From: Nemertoderma westbladi
Lineage: Eukaryota; Animalia; Xenacoelomorpha
Assembly: GCA_032718475.1 (NCBI GenBank)
Contig: JAUCBJ010001551.1
Span: forward strand, 83,495-147,494
Direction of reading: 5' to 3'
DNA length: 64,000 nucleotides
Shown: piece after piece, positions 52,317-64,000 of the stretch
Layout: the number at the start of each line of letters is the position of its first letter
Numbering within the stretch: the first letter of the stretch is position 1
The notes under the pieces: generated by a model
Told to the model about the DNA's origin: nothing
Seen by the model: only the letters and a program-made list of their open reading frames with translations
Database searches by the model: none
Program-made: the position numbers and the translations under genes

Positions 52317-55300
52317 AATATTGGTTTATGAGCAAGCCAAAAGTTACGGTAAAGAAGTAGAGCGAAATGGGAATAAAATGCCCTATGCAGGAGATAGTAA
52401 AATCAGACCATTATGACTGGAATTAAATGGAGATGGCATACTAGTAATGAACTCAAGATTGATCAATTCTGTGTCATTATTATTACCAATGAAACCAACA
52501 ATAATACCAAACGAATCAATTATAATGGAACAGATCCAGGTCAGTCATACAGCAACTCTTGAAGTATTGGATACCACAAATAAGAAGAAAAATACAACAA
52601 ATTGTCAGCAATTGTATGACATGCAATGAAATCAAATGTATCAACAAATGTTGGCGCTACCAAATGACAGACTCGTAAGTTACGAGCATCCCTTTACATA
52701 TACGGGAGTGGACATGTTTGGACCAATTACCATAAACGTCCAGCACCACACAGAAAAGCGGTACAGTATAACATTAGTTTTTAATAACAGTGGCCAATCG
52801 CAATAGAATTAGCCATGGATGCGAGTACAAATGCATTCATAAATGCACTTGAACGTTTTACAACAAGGAGAGGATGGGTGGTTAGAAAATTGTATTCAGA
52901 TAATGGAACGAACTTTGTGGGAGCTGAGAGGGAGTTAAGAGAGGCAGCCGAAGTATATAACCACAAATACGTGGAATCTTCAGTGAGGAAACATGAGATA
53001 GAGTGGTCGATGAGGACGCCATATGCGCCACACACCCCGGGATTTATAGAGAGACTAGTGGGAAACGTGAAACGAACCATGATGGTGCTATTAGCAAAAG
53101 ACTTAAGAAGATTAACAAAAGATTAACAGAAGACATCCTAAGGACGGCATTAGCAAAATGCGAAGGAATAATAAACAGTGGACCATTGTGTCCAGTAAAT
53201 GATGACCCGGAATCGTTAGAAGCGTTGACACCAGCGCATATACAGTATTATGCGAAAGACCAGCACAAATACTAATAGATGACGAGGACAAGGATTACTA
53301 CCTCTCCAAACAGACGTGGAAAGAAGCCAACGCAATAGCGACGGAGTTCTGGGAAAGGTGGATAAGGGATTATCTACCCACGCTTCATGGTAGGAGAAGT
53401 GAGAGAGGAACATCTCATTATGGTCACAGATGACACTATTGCTATAATCACTGGAGACTAGCAAGAGTGGTAACATGCCACACAGGTAAAGATGGACATA
53501 ATCGGACAGTAGAATTCCAAATCAGAGGAAAAATAGGCTAGAAGAAGAGAAAAACATTATATGAGGCCAATAAGCAACAATGGTTTGGTGGATTATTCGA
53601 CATAAGTTATTTCGTCCAATAAACTTGTTTGACTAGGTGGGTGCAAGTAATTCCTCAAGAATAAAATCATATAAAAAATAACCATAAAAATAAATCAAAT
53701 AGAAAATAATTGTAAAATCCAGTAACTGTTGTACAATATCTACTCTAAAATCCCAACAATCGGGCCTAAATAATAGATACCAAAGTACACAAACTACTAC
53801 TGGTGAGATCAGTGACTGATGTCTTCCCCTAAACTTGGGCGAGTTTCGTTTCGGAAATCAGTGCCCGGGCTAACTCGACAATGAGGGTGACCGGTCCCTA
53901 ACCGGTGAGGCAGAAATACAGTCTACAGAAACAGACCAAACTCGCGAGAAAACAATCCTCGCGTAGTGAATCCTAACTACCGCTAATGGACCTAAACTAC
54001 TGTAGACTTGCCGCGGTGTGATTTATATGGGACGAGCCAGTGGGTTGATAACACTACCGTAAAACAATACTGCCGACAGAAAAAGCAGTCAAAAGGGTAT
54101 AATATCAGTAGAATAACAATCTTAAAACGCGTGTGTGTCTGTGTATGTTACGGTAAAACAAAATGTTTGTTGACATGATCCTTACTAGATTATGGTGACT
54201 TTTAACAAAATATATCGGGCACTAGCTACTGAATAAGCTAGTCGCGCTCTGTAGGCGTAATACTTACAAACTGGCGTCAAAGGCGGGCTCTCTCCTCCTA
54301 TATTCACAACTCGATTGGGCAATTACGGTGTTAGTAACTACGCCCAGGATCAGCACTGATACCAGACTCTGATTGTGAAATAGAGAATAGGGTGTTAATT
54401 TGCTACCGTACTACTAGTTGATCTGGTATATTAATTTGTTCTAAAACTTTGTTGCCGCGGTGGTATGCAGCAAATACCTAGCAGTACGTGGCAAGGGCGT
54501 GGTAGGATGTTAGTAACCGCCCTTTAGCCTAAATGCGTGCTGGTAGCAGAAAGCTGCCCTTTGCCTGAATAAATACGTCAAACCCAGACAGATCAGTTAA
54601 TAGCAAAGCATACAGCGCTAACCGGTACTGAGCCGCTAGTAAGGTAAAGCCATCAAATTATACAGCGTGCTATTTGCACCTAGTGTACTTACGCGTACTA
54701 GCAAACAGCACCAGCTCGCACATGTAAGCGATGCAGATCAACCGTGGGGTTTCTGTCTGGATCCGAGATATTTAACTCCTAAATTTTAGAGCGTCCCAGG
54801 ACGTTTTCACACTTCACCCTGATCTACGGACTTACGGCATTGAACAAAGTCTTACCTCGGGCATGGGCACTCTCAGGCTGACGCATCATGTTCCAGGTGG
54901 GCGCGTGTAAATAGTGTGGGTTCCGTTATGCGTTGCGGACATTCCTTCCCCTTGCATTGCTGTGGCCTAAAGATTTAGGCAGCCATTCCTCAAAGCGTTT
55001 GGCTGTTCAAGATAGATACGCTAAAAGCTACATGTTCTGAGTTTTCAGTATATTTTAACGTAAGATCAGAATACAAAACTTTACAACTAATAGCAAAATG
55101 ATTTAACAAATTAAGTTTTAACAGTAACTAAGTTAGTGAGTTAGTGTGTTAGTAAGTGATAACCGAAGGGCAAACGGCACCTTATATAGTAATTTCGAGG
55201 CATGGAATCACACTAGAACATTCTACTACATTCCATGAGCTGACATTGGCCCAATAAATTATTAAACACCTATGATTGGCCCAACTAATCAGTTCATTTG

Positions 55301-55367
55301 TTGTACGCACGTATTGGCTTATCTAATGTTAACGAAACGGAAATAAAGATGTACAAAAATATAAATT

Positions 55368-55441
55368 TACCAACTGAGATTTGAACCCTCGACCTATCGT
55401 ACGCACGACCTACACGCTAACCTACCAGGCCACTGGACCAA
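55368..55441 (-). pseudogene. Degenerate tRNA-like sequence
   Basis: Reverse complement has TGGCCTGGTAGG and GGTTCAAATC boxes at tRNA spacing; stems imperfect. Confidence 0.4.
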
Positions 55442-56877
55442 GTGGTAAATGGGTGCCAAAATATACTAGATAAGGTAAATATACAGATAATATACAGAAA
55501 TATATACATATATACAGAAATATATACATATATACATATATATATATTAGATAACATGTCCCTGAAGAACCTTCAATATTGCGTCATGTTCGAAAATGCT
55601 ATAACATTAAATTACATTAAAATTACATAAAATTAAATTACATATTACATTAACAACTACAATGGAATTCCAATATTAACTATATTATCTACCCATTTGT
55701 TTTTGTTCCATCGAATTTCACCCAATAGAAAAAAAGATATATTTTGCATGTTATATTTTCAAAAGTATTTATAACATAATATAACCCAAGTGGAGCAGTG
55801 GCTTTTCTGGACCACAAAATATGTATATCCAATTGTTCGCGCTTTCAGACCTTTAGCAGTTTAACCTGCCAATTTTAGGTGTCCTCTTATTTATAAATCG
55901 ACTTTAGCCTATAACAATTATTTAGTGCACATGAAGTAACATTAGCCGAAGCCAGTCTATGCGCGATCATTCACCCACAGTTAAGGGAGACTGGATTCGG
56001 GTGCTTTGAAATTTATTGCGTTGCAGACCTACTGTATTATTCGATTGATCGTTACTATATAATCTCTGACAATATTATTCACTTTCGGGGAAATATTAAC
56101 AGTTCCTTTAGGACGTGGTGCTTTAAGTATATAAACAGAGTTATGACTTATACTAAACACAACTAGATGGCTACTGAGTTTCGTAAATAGCGCATTCTTT
56201 AGGAGATGCTTTATTATCTGTCACACTACTGCACACGACTTCACACTGCTTCACACTGATCTGCCGACCGTCACTGAATTTGATTATATATAAGGAGGAT
56301 AGCAACTGACACATGTAGGGATTATGAAATAGCATTTAATTCACACAAAAACCACTATAATGTAAGTCGCAATTGCTACAGGTAACCGGTCCCTCTTACC
56401 TTCAGTAATCAAGAAGATTGGGGGTTTTATGATTATTTATCGGTATTCTCCAAATATAACAACATATCCATCAATATACCACAATTAATAACAGACAGTA
56501 CGCAGACGTAAATAATGCGGTGAAAAGTCAGTTCAATATGTGTTATTCAGGTATGAGTTGCACAGTGATTCAGTGTAGCCAGTAGGGCCAGATAATAGAT
56601 TTACGTTCTTGTAATCAAAGCCGTCTAATGTTTGGCCAAAGTCTGAAACTTCTACAGAAGCACAGAAGAATCTCCAAGCCGATGTTCCGAGGCTCAGGAA
56701 AGGTAAACAAAAACCGTAATGCATTGCGCGGTTTTCCGTAGGCCTCACTACAAGATAAAATGAAAATCGCTCTGATTGGCTGAGCTGAGCGAGCTGAACA
56801 AAGAGAGGTTCCACGTTTACAGTAAATCAGCTGACAGATTTCGTCATCTGAGTTCCAGTCTTTTAGAGTATTAGGCG

Positions 56878-57022
56878 CATTGCGGCAGAAAATGGCTTGT
56901 TATGTCTGCTAAAGCACCTACACGGTACATTGCGGAGAAAATGGCTTGTTATGTCCGCTAAAACACCTACACGGTATATCGCGGAGAAGATGACTTGTTA
57001 TATCCACAAAAGCTTTTACACC
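56878..57022. repeat. About 50-bp diverged tandem repeat x3
   Basis: GCGGAGAAAATGGCTTGTTATGTCCGCTAAA...ACACGGTA repeated. Confidence 0.75.
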
Positions 57023-57098
57023 GCTCCCAGAAAATGGGATTTAATTCTATAAAATATAAAAAATCACAGTTTCTAAAATATAAAAATACTCTAAACAG

Positions 57099-58653
57099 TT
57101 AGTCCTTCTTACGCGAACGGCATTTACGCAGTTTTTTGACGCTAGCAAGAGTCCTTTTCTCTTTGGGGCGAGCCACTTTACTAGGAGGGCTATAACTCCT
57201 GCCTGGGTGAAGGGTGCAATACAATTGCATCGGAAGGTTTAGGGTTATGGTCGGTGTATCCGCCGGTCGAGGTACCCGGTTGATCGGTATCAACCTCAGT
57301 GGAACGAGGTCGAACAACCTTGAGAGCGCGTTTTAAGACAGCAGCTCTTACTGGTCCCTGACGGGTCGTTTGCACGAGAGCGGTAGGTGGACTGTGTGTA
57401 GTGAGAAATTTCCTCGGTTTGATGGTTCTTTCCGACTCGCGTTCTTGGGCTCTGTCGAAATCGATATGCTTCTCCTTGAGCTGATTTTCCTCCGCTTGTC
57501 GTTGGAAGCTAAGATTCGTCTAAAACTCTTTCAGAGAGTAGGGTCGTCCAAGTTCGATATCTTCTTAGAGATTCTGGATTTCCCGATCGAACTAAGATAA
57601 AGATAATTCGTTTACCGCTTGGACTTGCTGCTGCAATTTACGTTTCTCTAAACAATCGTAGGTTCCTTTTCCGATCTTTTGTCGAATAGTGTCTAACGCG
57701 TTGCGTACAACTCTCTCCTCCACCTCGGTGACAGGTTGTATCGGGGTTAAACCGGGACGATTATACGGGTTGAACGGCGATATTAAATGTCCGCGTCCCA
57801 ATCCAGCTAGGTAGGATGGGCGAATATCTAGGGAGCCCACAACCGGAGTGCCACCGACTAATTGTTCGGGTAACACTAGATCTTTGAACAATGAGTACAG
57901 TTCAGGAGGGTCAGTCATACTATTAGGATCAAGAGTCTGAGGTCTCACCAGGGAATGAGGAGGTCTGACTGAATATTCCGGAACTCCGATCATAGGTTTA
58001 TTTAAGGATCGTTTGAGTCGAGCGAGCGTAGGTGATACGTCGAACAAGTTTCGCTCGAAACTCCCGTAAATATAGCGAGTAAAACTGTGTTTAGCGCAAC
58101 GTCTCCGCGGATGTTTATGTCTTTCCGTGTGTTGGTTGGGACTAGGGCATTCATTGTAATAATACCAAAGACGCACGTCTTGTAGGGGAAACGCGGATGA
58201 TCTTTCTCCAGTTTTACAATGTCTCTCTCAAGAATTCCAAATATACGTTGAAGTCACTGCGTTTATCCGGTTCTTTAACGTCTTCTCTTTCGAGTTGGTT
58301 TCGAATAGAATTTTCGTGTTCGATTCTCAGTTTATCGTTCCGACTCCGCTGGGTATGATATTTAAATAGGATCATTTCCCTTTCGGTGTCTACATCGTCC
58401 ATATCGTGGAAATCGATAGGATGGCCAGTAGTTAAGAAGTCTATATACATACCATTACGATGCGTATAGCGAGCGGTGAATTTTCTATAGTCCAATTCAC
58501 GCGTGAGTTGTTCCTTTGACATTGACGACAACGGCCATCGTCCTCCGTAGTGGGTGGACTAGCGTCGCCACGTATTAAACTATCAACAAACACTTGCAAT
58601 GGTAGGGTATATCGCTCCCTGATACCAAGATCATCTTCTATCAACTCAGTCAT
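57099..58653 (-). pseudogene. Disrupted ORF of about 500 codons, unknown function, downstream of the BEL gag-pol remnant
   Basis: Five adjacent or overlapping minus-strand ORFs join via frameshifts and in-frame TAG/TAA; coding-like composition between AT-rich flanks. Confidence 0.55.
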
Positions 58654-60383
58654 AGCTGCTATATGAGTTTATCGATATTATAATTAATTATAATTTAGGC
58701 TAGCGGTCGTTGCTGCCTCCCCCTCAATGCCCCCGGACAGCGCAAGGTCCTCAGCGCTGATGTACTGTCGCCGCTGTGTCTATCGCCAACATAGTAGCTA
58801 TACAACGACAACAACAACCAGCGCGAGTCACTCCACTGTCCGTCCCAAGGGCTTAGATTTACTTCAGGTTCTTACTGCAGAGGTAGGGCTACTTTCACAA
58901 CTGCGACTCGCTACTGTAAACACACTTTAGTAGTAACATTCACCTATAAACGCACAAATTCCACACAACTGTCACAAATTGTGCACATTCGGGTCATTTG
59001 TCCGTTAGTCAAGTGCCTTCCAGAATGCCACGTTATTATTATGTATCCCTGTATACTAGCATTGTGCTATTTATTCCGTATGCTATTCAATGGGGCAAGC
59101 TTTTTATTGTTCTTTTAACTCGCTTCTAATTCTAGCGTGGTTGTTGCTATGGTGACATTATGGAAAGCTAGCAGTAGAATTAGGGTAATTCTCATGCATA
59201 CAGATCTGGGATGCTATTTAATAGTAATTCTTTAATTGTCAATATTCCCCTTTATACAAGATTTTATGAATTTTATCGGCTATTGACTATATATTGGAGA
59301 TTCTCGCACACTAATATACTTAATAGGGTGAATCTCCGCTCCCATGATCTATTAATTAATGGAATTTTGGGAATGTTATAAATTGTATAAAATGACAATT
59401 TATCAAATTCATGAGAGGATATGAATTTAAAATTTATTCCCGTAAATTTTATTATTTAATATTAAAATAGACACAATTTTATTCCAGAACATGTCTGTGG
59501 ACTAGGATCCTTAATTCTAGGAAATTTGTCTTTTTAAGAGTATCGGTAAGTGCTACGATATCTTAATCGACTAGAATTCTAAAGGATCTGAATTTTAACA
59601 GATTTTGATTTATAGATTTTCTTGGTTTACAAACTCCTTAGAGTTTATTTGTCTGCATTTACTCTATTATAACATTTGTTTTAATAGATTTTTATAAATA
59701 TTTAATATTTAATATTTAAGATGGGCACCGATTTATTCCAGAACATGTCTGGGGACGTTAACCACTGATTCTAGAATTTTGTCTTTCAAGTATATCGGTG
59801 GGTGCCGCGATATCTTAATCGACTAGAATGGCAGATGGTCAAAGGGTTTAACAGATTTATTTTGCGTTTTACGCTACTGTTAAAGGGACATCACGCTACT
59901 ATATGTATTATTTAATATACGGTATGAGAGCAATATTGCAAGAAGCAATGTCAGTGAGAAGAGGCAAGTCGTTTCCAAGGTCTACCCAGAGCTTGGTTTA
60001 GCCGAGACACGAGGATCTGAACTTTGCATTCCTAATACTCTACTTACCAATAATACTTGAGTATAGTAGGAGCTTTATTGTACTTTAATAAGTACGGATA
60101 TTTCATCTTACTGTAGTCACGTATTTATAATATGATACGGACAGTAAGGAAAGAGAAAAAAGAATTATTTCTCGCCGTTGCACTAAATATATAATATAAG
60201 TAATTAAGTAATAAACACGAATATATATTGCACTAATCTACTAAATAATCGCTAAAATAACATTCTGCTAAATAAAATTAAAGAAAACGATTATAATAAA
60301 ATTACATAATAATACATACATAAATATAAAAATAATAAAAACAAATATAAAATAATGTAGTCACACACCCACTCCAGACGCTG

Positions 60384-63300
60384 TTACGTTGGGGAGTCCC
60401 TAGATGTTTGTTGGATTAGGGAGGTGGTCGTGGGAAGAGTATCTTGCCTTCCATAGTTTCCGGACAGTTCTCGGTCTCTTTCCAGTAAACATAAACGACC
60501 AACTGGGCGATTGAGTTGTTGTGTTTCGAATACAATTCCAGGTTTCTTCTTCGTCCTGGAATAGTGACGATGGAAACATCGCTTCAAATACACGACGGCC
60601 TTACAAAGCCGATTCCAGGAGCTATAGTGGTTTATCGCTCTCTGCAGGAGAGGTGAGAGCCCCTGCGAGACGTCTGGTGTTCCAGATTTCCAGTCTCTTT
60701 CTCTGATTTCCACAACAGATTTATTTGTGGCGGGGGAGTTTAGATCCACAGCGTCGTCCCCTGAAATGTGTAGTACAGACAGATCAATCACGGGTTTAAA
60801 TAACTTTGATTTACTCGTCCGGGTTTTAGGTTTGACTTTCTCCGCTCCCTTGGCTTGTCTAATCTCAGCCGTGGTGAGATGAGGAGGCCATTCATCCTCT
60901 TCTTTACTTAGGAAGTCGGGTCCACCTAACCAGTCTGGAGTATCTATCAGTTCTTGAGGAGTTGCTCCTCTGGAAGCGATGTCGGCTGGATTAATCGTCC
61001 CAGGGCAATGTCTCCATTGATCTACATTAGAGTTAATATCGTCATTATCTGAGGAGTATGGTGTTCCCTCAGTTGTGTTCTCTCCCTCACTGATTTCTTC
61101 TTCCCATTCACTCACCTGATGTACTTGGTCGTTAGGTAATCTTTCCATGAGTGTTCTACGGGAAGGTCCAGTGAAGTACCAACCTACTCTCGTTCTTCCC
61201 GCATATGTTTGTAATGGTTGCGGTCGAGCAGGCCGTTTCTCTAATGTCTCAAGCGCCTCATGCGCATTTTGGCCGATCAATATCTGCACCCCTGGGTAGT
61301 CGGTGTTGAATCTAGGGATATTATGCTGCTGGGTAAAATCGTCTTCATCCCAGTTGTAAGGTTCCACTTGGCTGGTAGCAAAGTTCTTTATCGCCACCAT
61401 TTTTACTGACCTTATGCTGTGTTCTCCTAGTTCGTCCTGGGGAGTGGACAACGCGCCTACATAGTAGTCTGTAGCTACTGTGGATTTCCAAACCTGCATA
61501 ATTCCTGAAAGGTTCAACTTAGTTCGGAACTTGGGTTGTCCAGCAAAGATGTCTTCGGCTAGTTCTTTGTCGATGAATGTTCCTGTGCTGCCGGAGTCCA
61601 GGAGGGCGTTTACTATAAAACTCTTACCTTTCCCGTGGACTCTCAGCTGCACCACTGGGAATTCCCGGATTCCGACGTTGGAAGTTGGCGCTTTCCAAGT
61701 TGGTTGTCTGTCCGGAATAGTCGATTGGACTTCATTATCGGTTTCAGTCTCATACGTAAGCGCTCGATACACCGCGGTGTTTGTCATATAACAGGATTCG
61801 TTTTCGTCGGAGAATTCGTCGGTGTAGAATCCTTCCATCTCAGAGCTGTGGTCAGTGTCGTTCACATCACTGAATTGGACATGTAGTTCGGGCTCACTTA
61901 CCTGACTCGTGCGGGTTCTTTCAAATTCTGTGTGCAGCAAGATATGATGTTTCGCGCCGCACTTAGCACACCTAGCATCTGAGTAACAGGTCCGCCGTTG
62001 GTGTCCTCGTCTGAGACAATTATAACACAACCGCTTATCCCACATGACATCACGTCTATCCTTAAGGGATTTCTTCAGGAATTCATCACACCCACTCAAG
62101 CGATGTGGCCCGTCGCACAATACACATTTGGGCTTGATGTTACTTACTTTAACCTGTGCTGTGTGGTGCACACTTGTTCTTTCCTCGGGCTTTCTTCCAT
62201 GAATTCTCTTAGGAGACGTGGGAGGAGTTGTTGTTACCTGTTCTCTCCTGTCACTGGTTCGAGACTTAGATTTACTTACGTCTTTACGTGTTTTGTTGAC
62301 ATAATAAGATCTTTCGGTGTCTTTCCCGCTGTTCTCCTCGTGAGAGGTTGGCTTTCGCCGTCGTCTGTATAACACACTGGTGTTACCTTTCTCCTAGAAA
62401 CGGGTTTTTCACTCACCTTATTTTCCGGTGTCTTCTCTCGGGACTGCTTTAGGAGCTGTAATCTTACCTCTCCATTTAAGAATGACATGAGATCAGCCAT
62501 GGTAGGTTCTCTTTGTTGTTGGTCCATCATATAGAGAACCTTTTTGTCCCAGCGAGTACCTACTCCACCCTTTGGCAAAGTTGATGCTAAGGCTCCTACA
62601 ACCATAGAATTCTGGTATTCATGAGACTTACCTAACCAATCTAATTGTCTACAGATCTCCTGAATCTCATCGGAAAATCTCTATAATCCCGCTGCTAAGG
62701 AACTTTCGGGGCGCTACTAATTTCGCATACAAATACCTAGCTATGTTAGTCCTATTACCATACCTGATGTTTAGTGTATCCCAAACTTGTCTTAATCCAT
62801 CTGGATGTCCAATAAACTTTAACGCCATTAACTTGGGAGGTCCTTCCAAGCACTCGATGAGGAATCTAAGTTTCTCTCCGTTAGATAGTACAGAGTTCTG
62901 TATGTTATCTTTATAATATTCATTAAAAGGTAACCATTTCATCTCATCTCCATTGAACTTGACGATCTCTCCCACCTTTACCGCTTGACGGGCTTCGGTT
63001 CTAGCCATTTGACGCGTAAAACTTTCTTGGGCCATCGTATTATTTAATATCGAGTTATCGGTATATAAATTTCTCGGATTATGATCAGGTCTATATGGAA
63101 TATCATTATCAACAGGTTTATAATTACCCTTAATAGGGTTTACTATAGGAGTTTCTACTTCACTAGCAGTATAGATGCGTGTAGGCTCCACACCTTGCGC
63201 ATGAAATACTTCAGACCTAACAGGTTGACACATTGTTACAGGGGGTGGTGGTATACCCCTTTGTATATTTACTAATTTATCGCGTTCTAACGCGATACTC

Positions 63301-64000
63301 TGCTGCACTTCTTGCAACTCTAACCTACCCTCTCTTACTGTTCCCTTTAACTGCTGAACAGTCCCTTCCAACTCTCGGACCTGTTGGGAGGAACGTACCT
63401 CGATGTTCCTCCAATTGTCCGAGCAGGAGATCCATCCCCCGCCGTCGCTCATCCACCCACTCTACCGCCGAAGCGGGAGCCGCCAACATAGTAGCGGGTA
63501 GACGAGGGACGACGGGCGACAAATCGTTGATGTCTTGCTCGGCGTCCAGGACCGGGAAGATTCAGGGACTATTCTACTGGGCACAGGTAGTTTAGTACTG
63601 TGCAAAGGGAATTTAGAGTTAGGTTCTGGAAGTACAGGGGTCTCTATCACAGAGGGGGTGGCTTCGAGAACAGGCCTAATTATTTCAGGCTCATCTACTA
63701 TAGTAGGGAGTCTTTCTACTCTAATAATTTGGTCTGTGGGTTCTGTACTACCTAAGTCTACACTAGCTAGTTGCCTTCTCACAGCTGGGGGCAAATTAGG
63801 CAATTTCTGACGGTGGGGCGTTCTTCTACGTCTGCTGGAACGAGATCTATTTCCTCCGCCTTCAGGATCTGTTGTATCGCCTTCATCAGATGATGTAAAT
63901 CCCTGTCTCTTGGGAGTAGATCGACTTATCATCTGCATCTGACTAGCTGTTCTCTGTTTATTTAAGTAGTCTTGCTTCTCTTGAAGATTTTCCAACTCTA
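60384..64000 (-). mobile_element. BEL/Pao gag-protease remnant with RT deleted; runs off the right edge
   Basis: Gag KFNGDEMKWLPF...EKLRFLIECLEG...RYG; three Cys/His knuckles (CVLCDGPH, CYNCLRRGH, CAKCGAKHH); ALLDSGS protease; then directly WRHCPGTINPADIASRG. Confidence 0.9.

Larger units (their letters stand above)
45370..53640 (+). mobile_element. Decayed BEL/Pao LTR retrotransposon (gag, protease, RT, RNase H, integrase)
   Basis: Broken frames with a gag Cys/His knuckle (~47815), LIDSGA protease, DIERMF/YVDD RT, YDPLG and ELHMFGDA, PKLEL/WTDS/ANRV/NPAD, integrase GVDMFGP, SDNGTNFVGA, ERLV. Ends approximate; a possible 5' LTR lies at about 44966-45270. Confidence 0.9.

Noticed and set aside
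53641-57000. LTR pair or further genes in this stretch
   Set aside because: No match to the candidate LTRs at 36421 or 44966 and no convincing ORF was visible, so it is left unannotated.

Overview
AT-rich, repeat-laden eukaryotic (animal, probably invertebrate) genomic DNA. It carries three host signalling genes. (1) A spliced Hippo/MST (STK3/STK4-like) Ste20 kinase on +, for which I reconstructed ten coding exons by hand (6671-31564, kinase domain, acidic linker, SARAH domain); the first exon was not found. (2) An intronless p38 MAPK on +. (3) A DH-PH RhoGEF (PLEKHG5-like) on -. The rest is tandem arrays, MITEs, a Helitron-like element, tRNA-derived SINEs, LINE fragments, a solo LTR and two decayed BEL/Pao LTR retrotransposons. 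The most striking signal is that three Hippo introns contain minisatellites whose repeat unit is the gene's own exon-intron junction: about 89 copies of the exon-6 acceptor plus 20 nt of exon, about 20 copies of the exon-7 end plus donor, and about 20 copies of the exon-10 acceptor plus exon start. The pre-mRNA therefore carries over 100 near-identical decoy splice sites. The single functional acceptor copy of the largest array carries a private branch-point-like substitution. A decayed accessory ORF of roughly 500 codons and unknown function lies downstream of the minus-strand BEL element. Copy numbers are span/unit estimates and comparisons to human STK4 are from memory.
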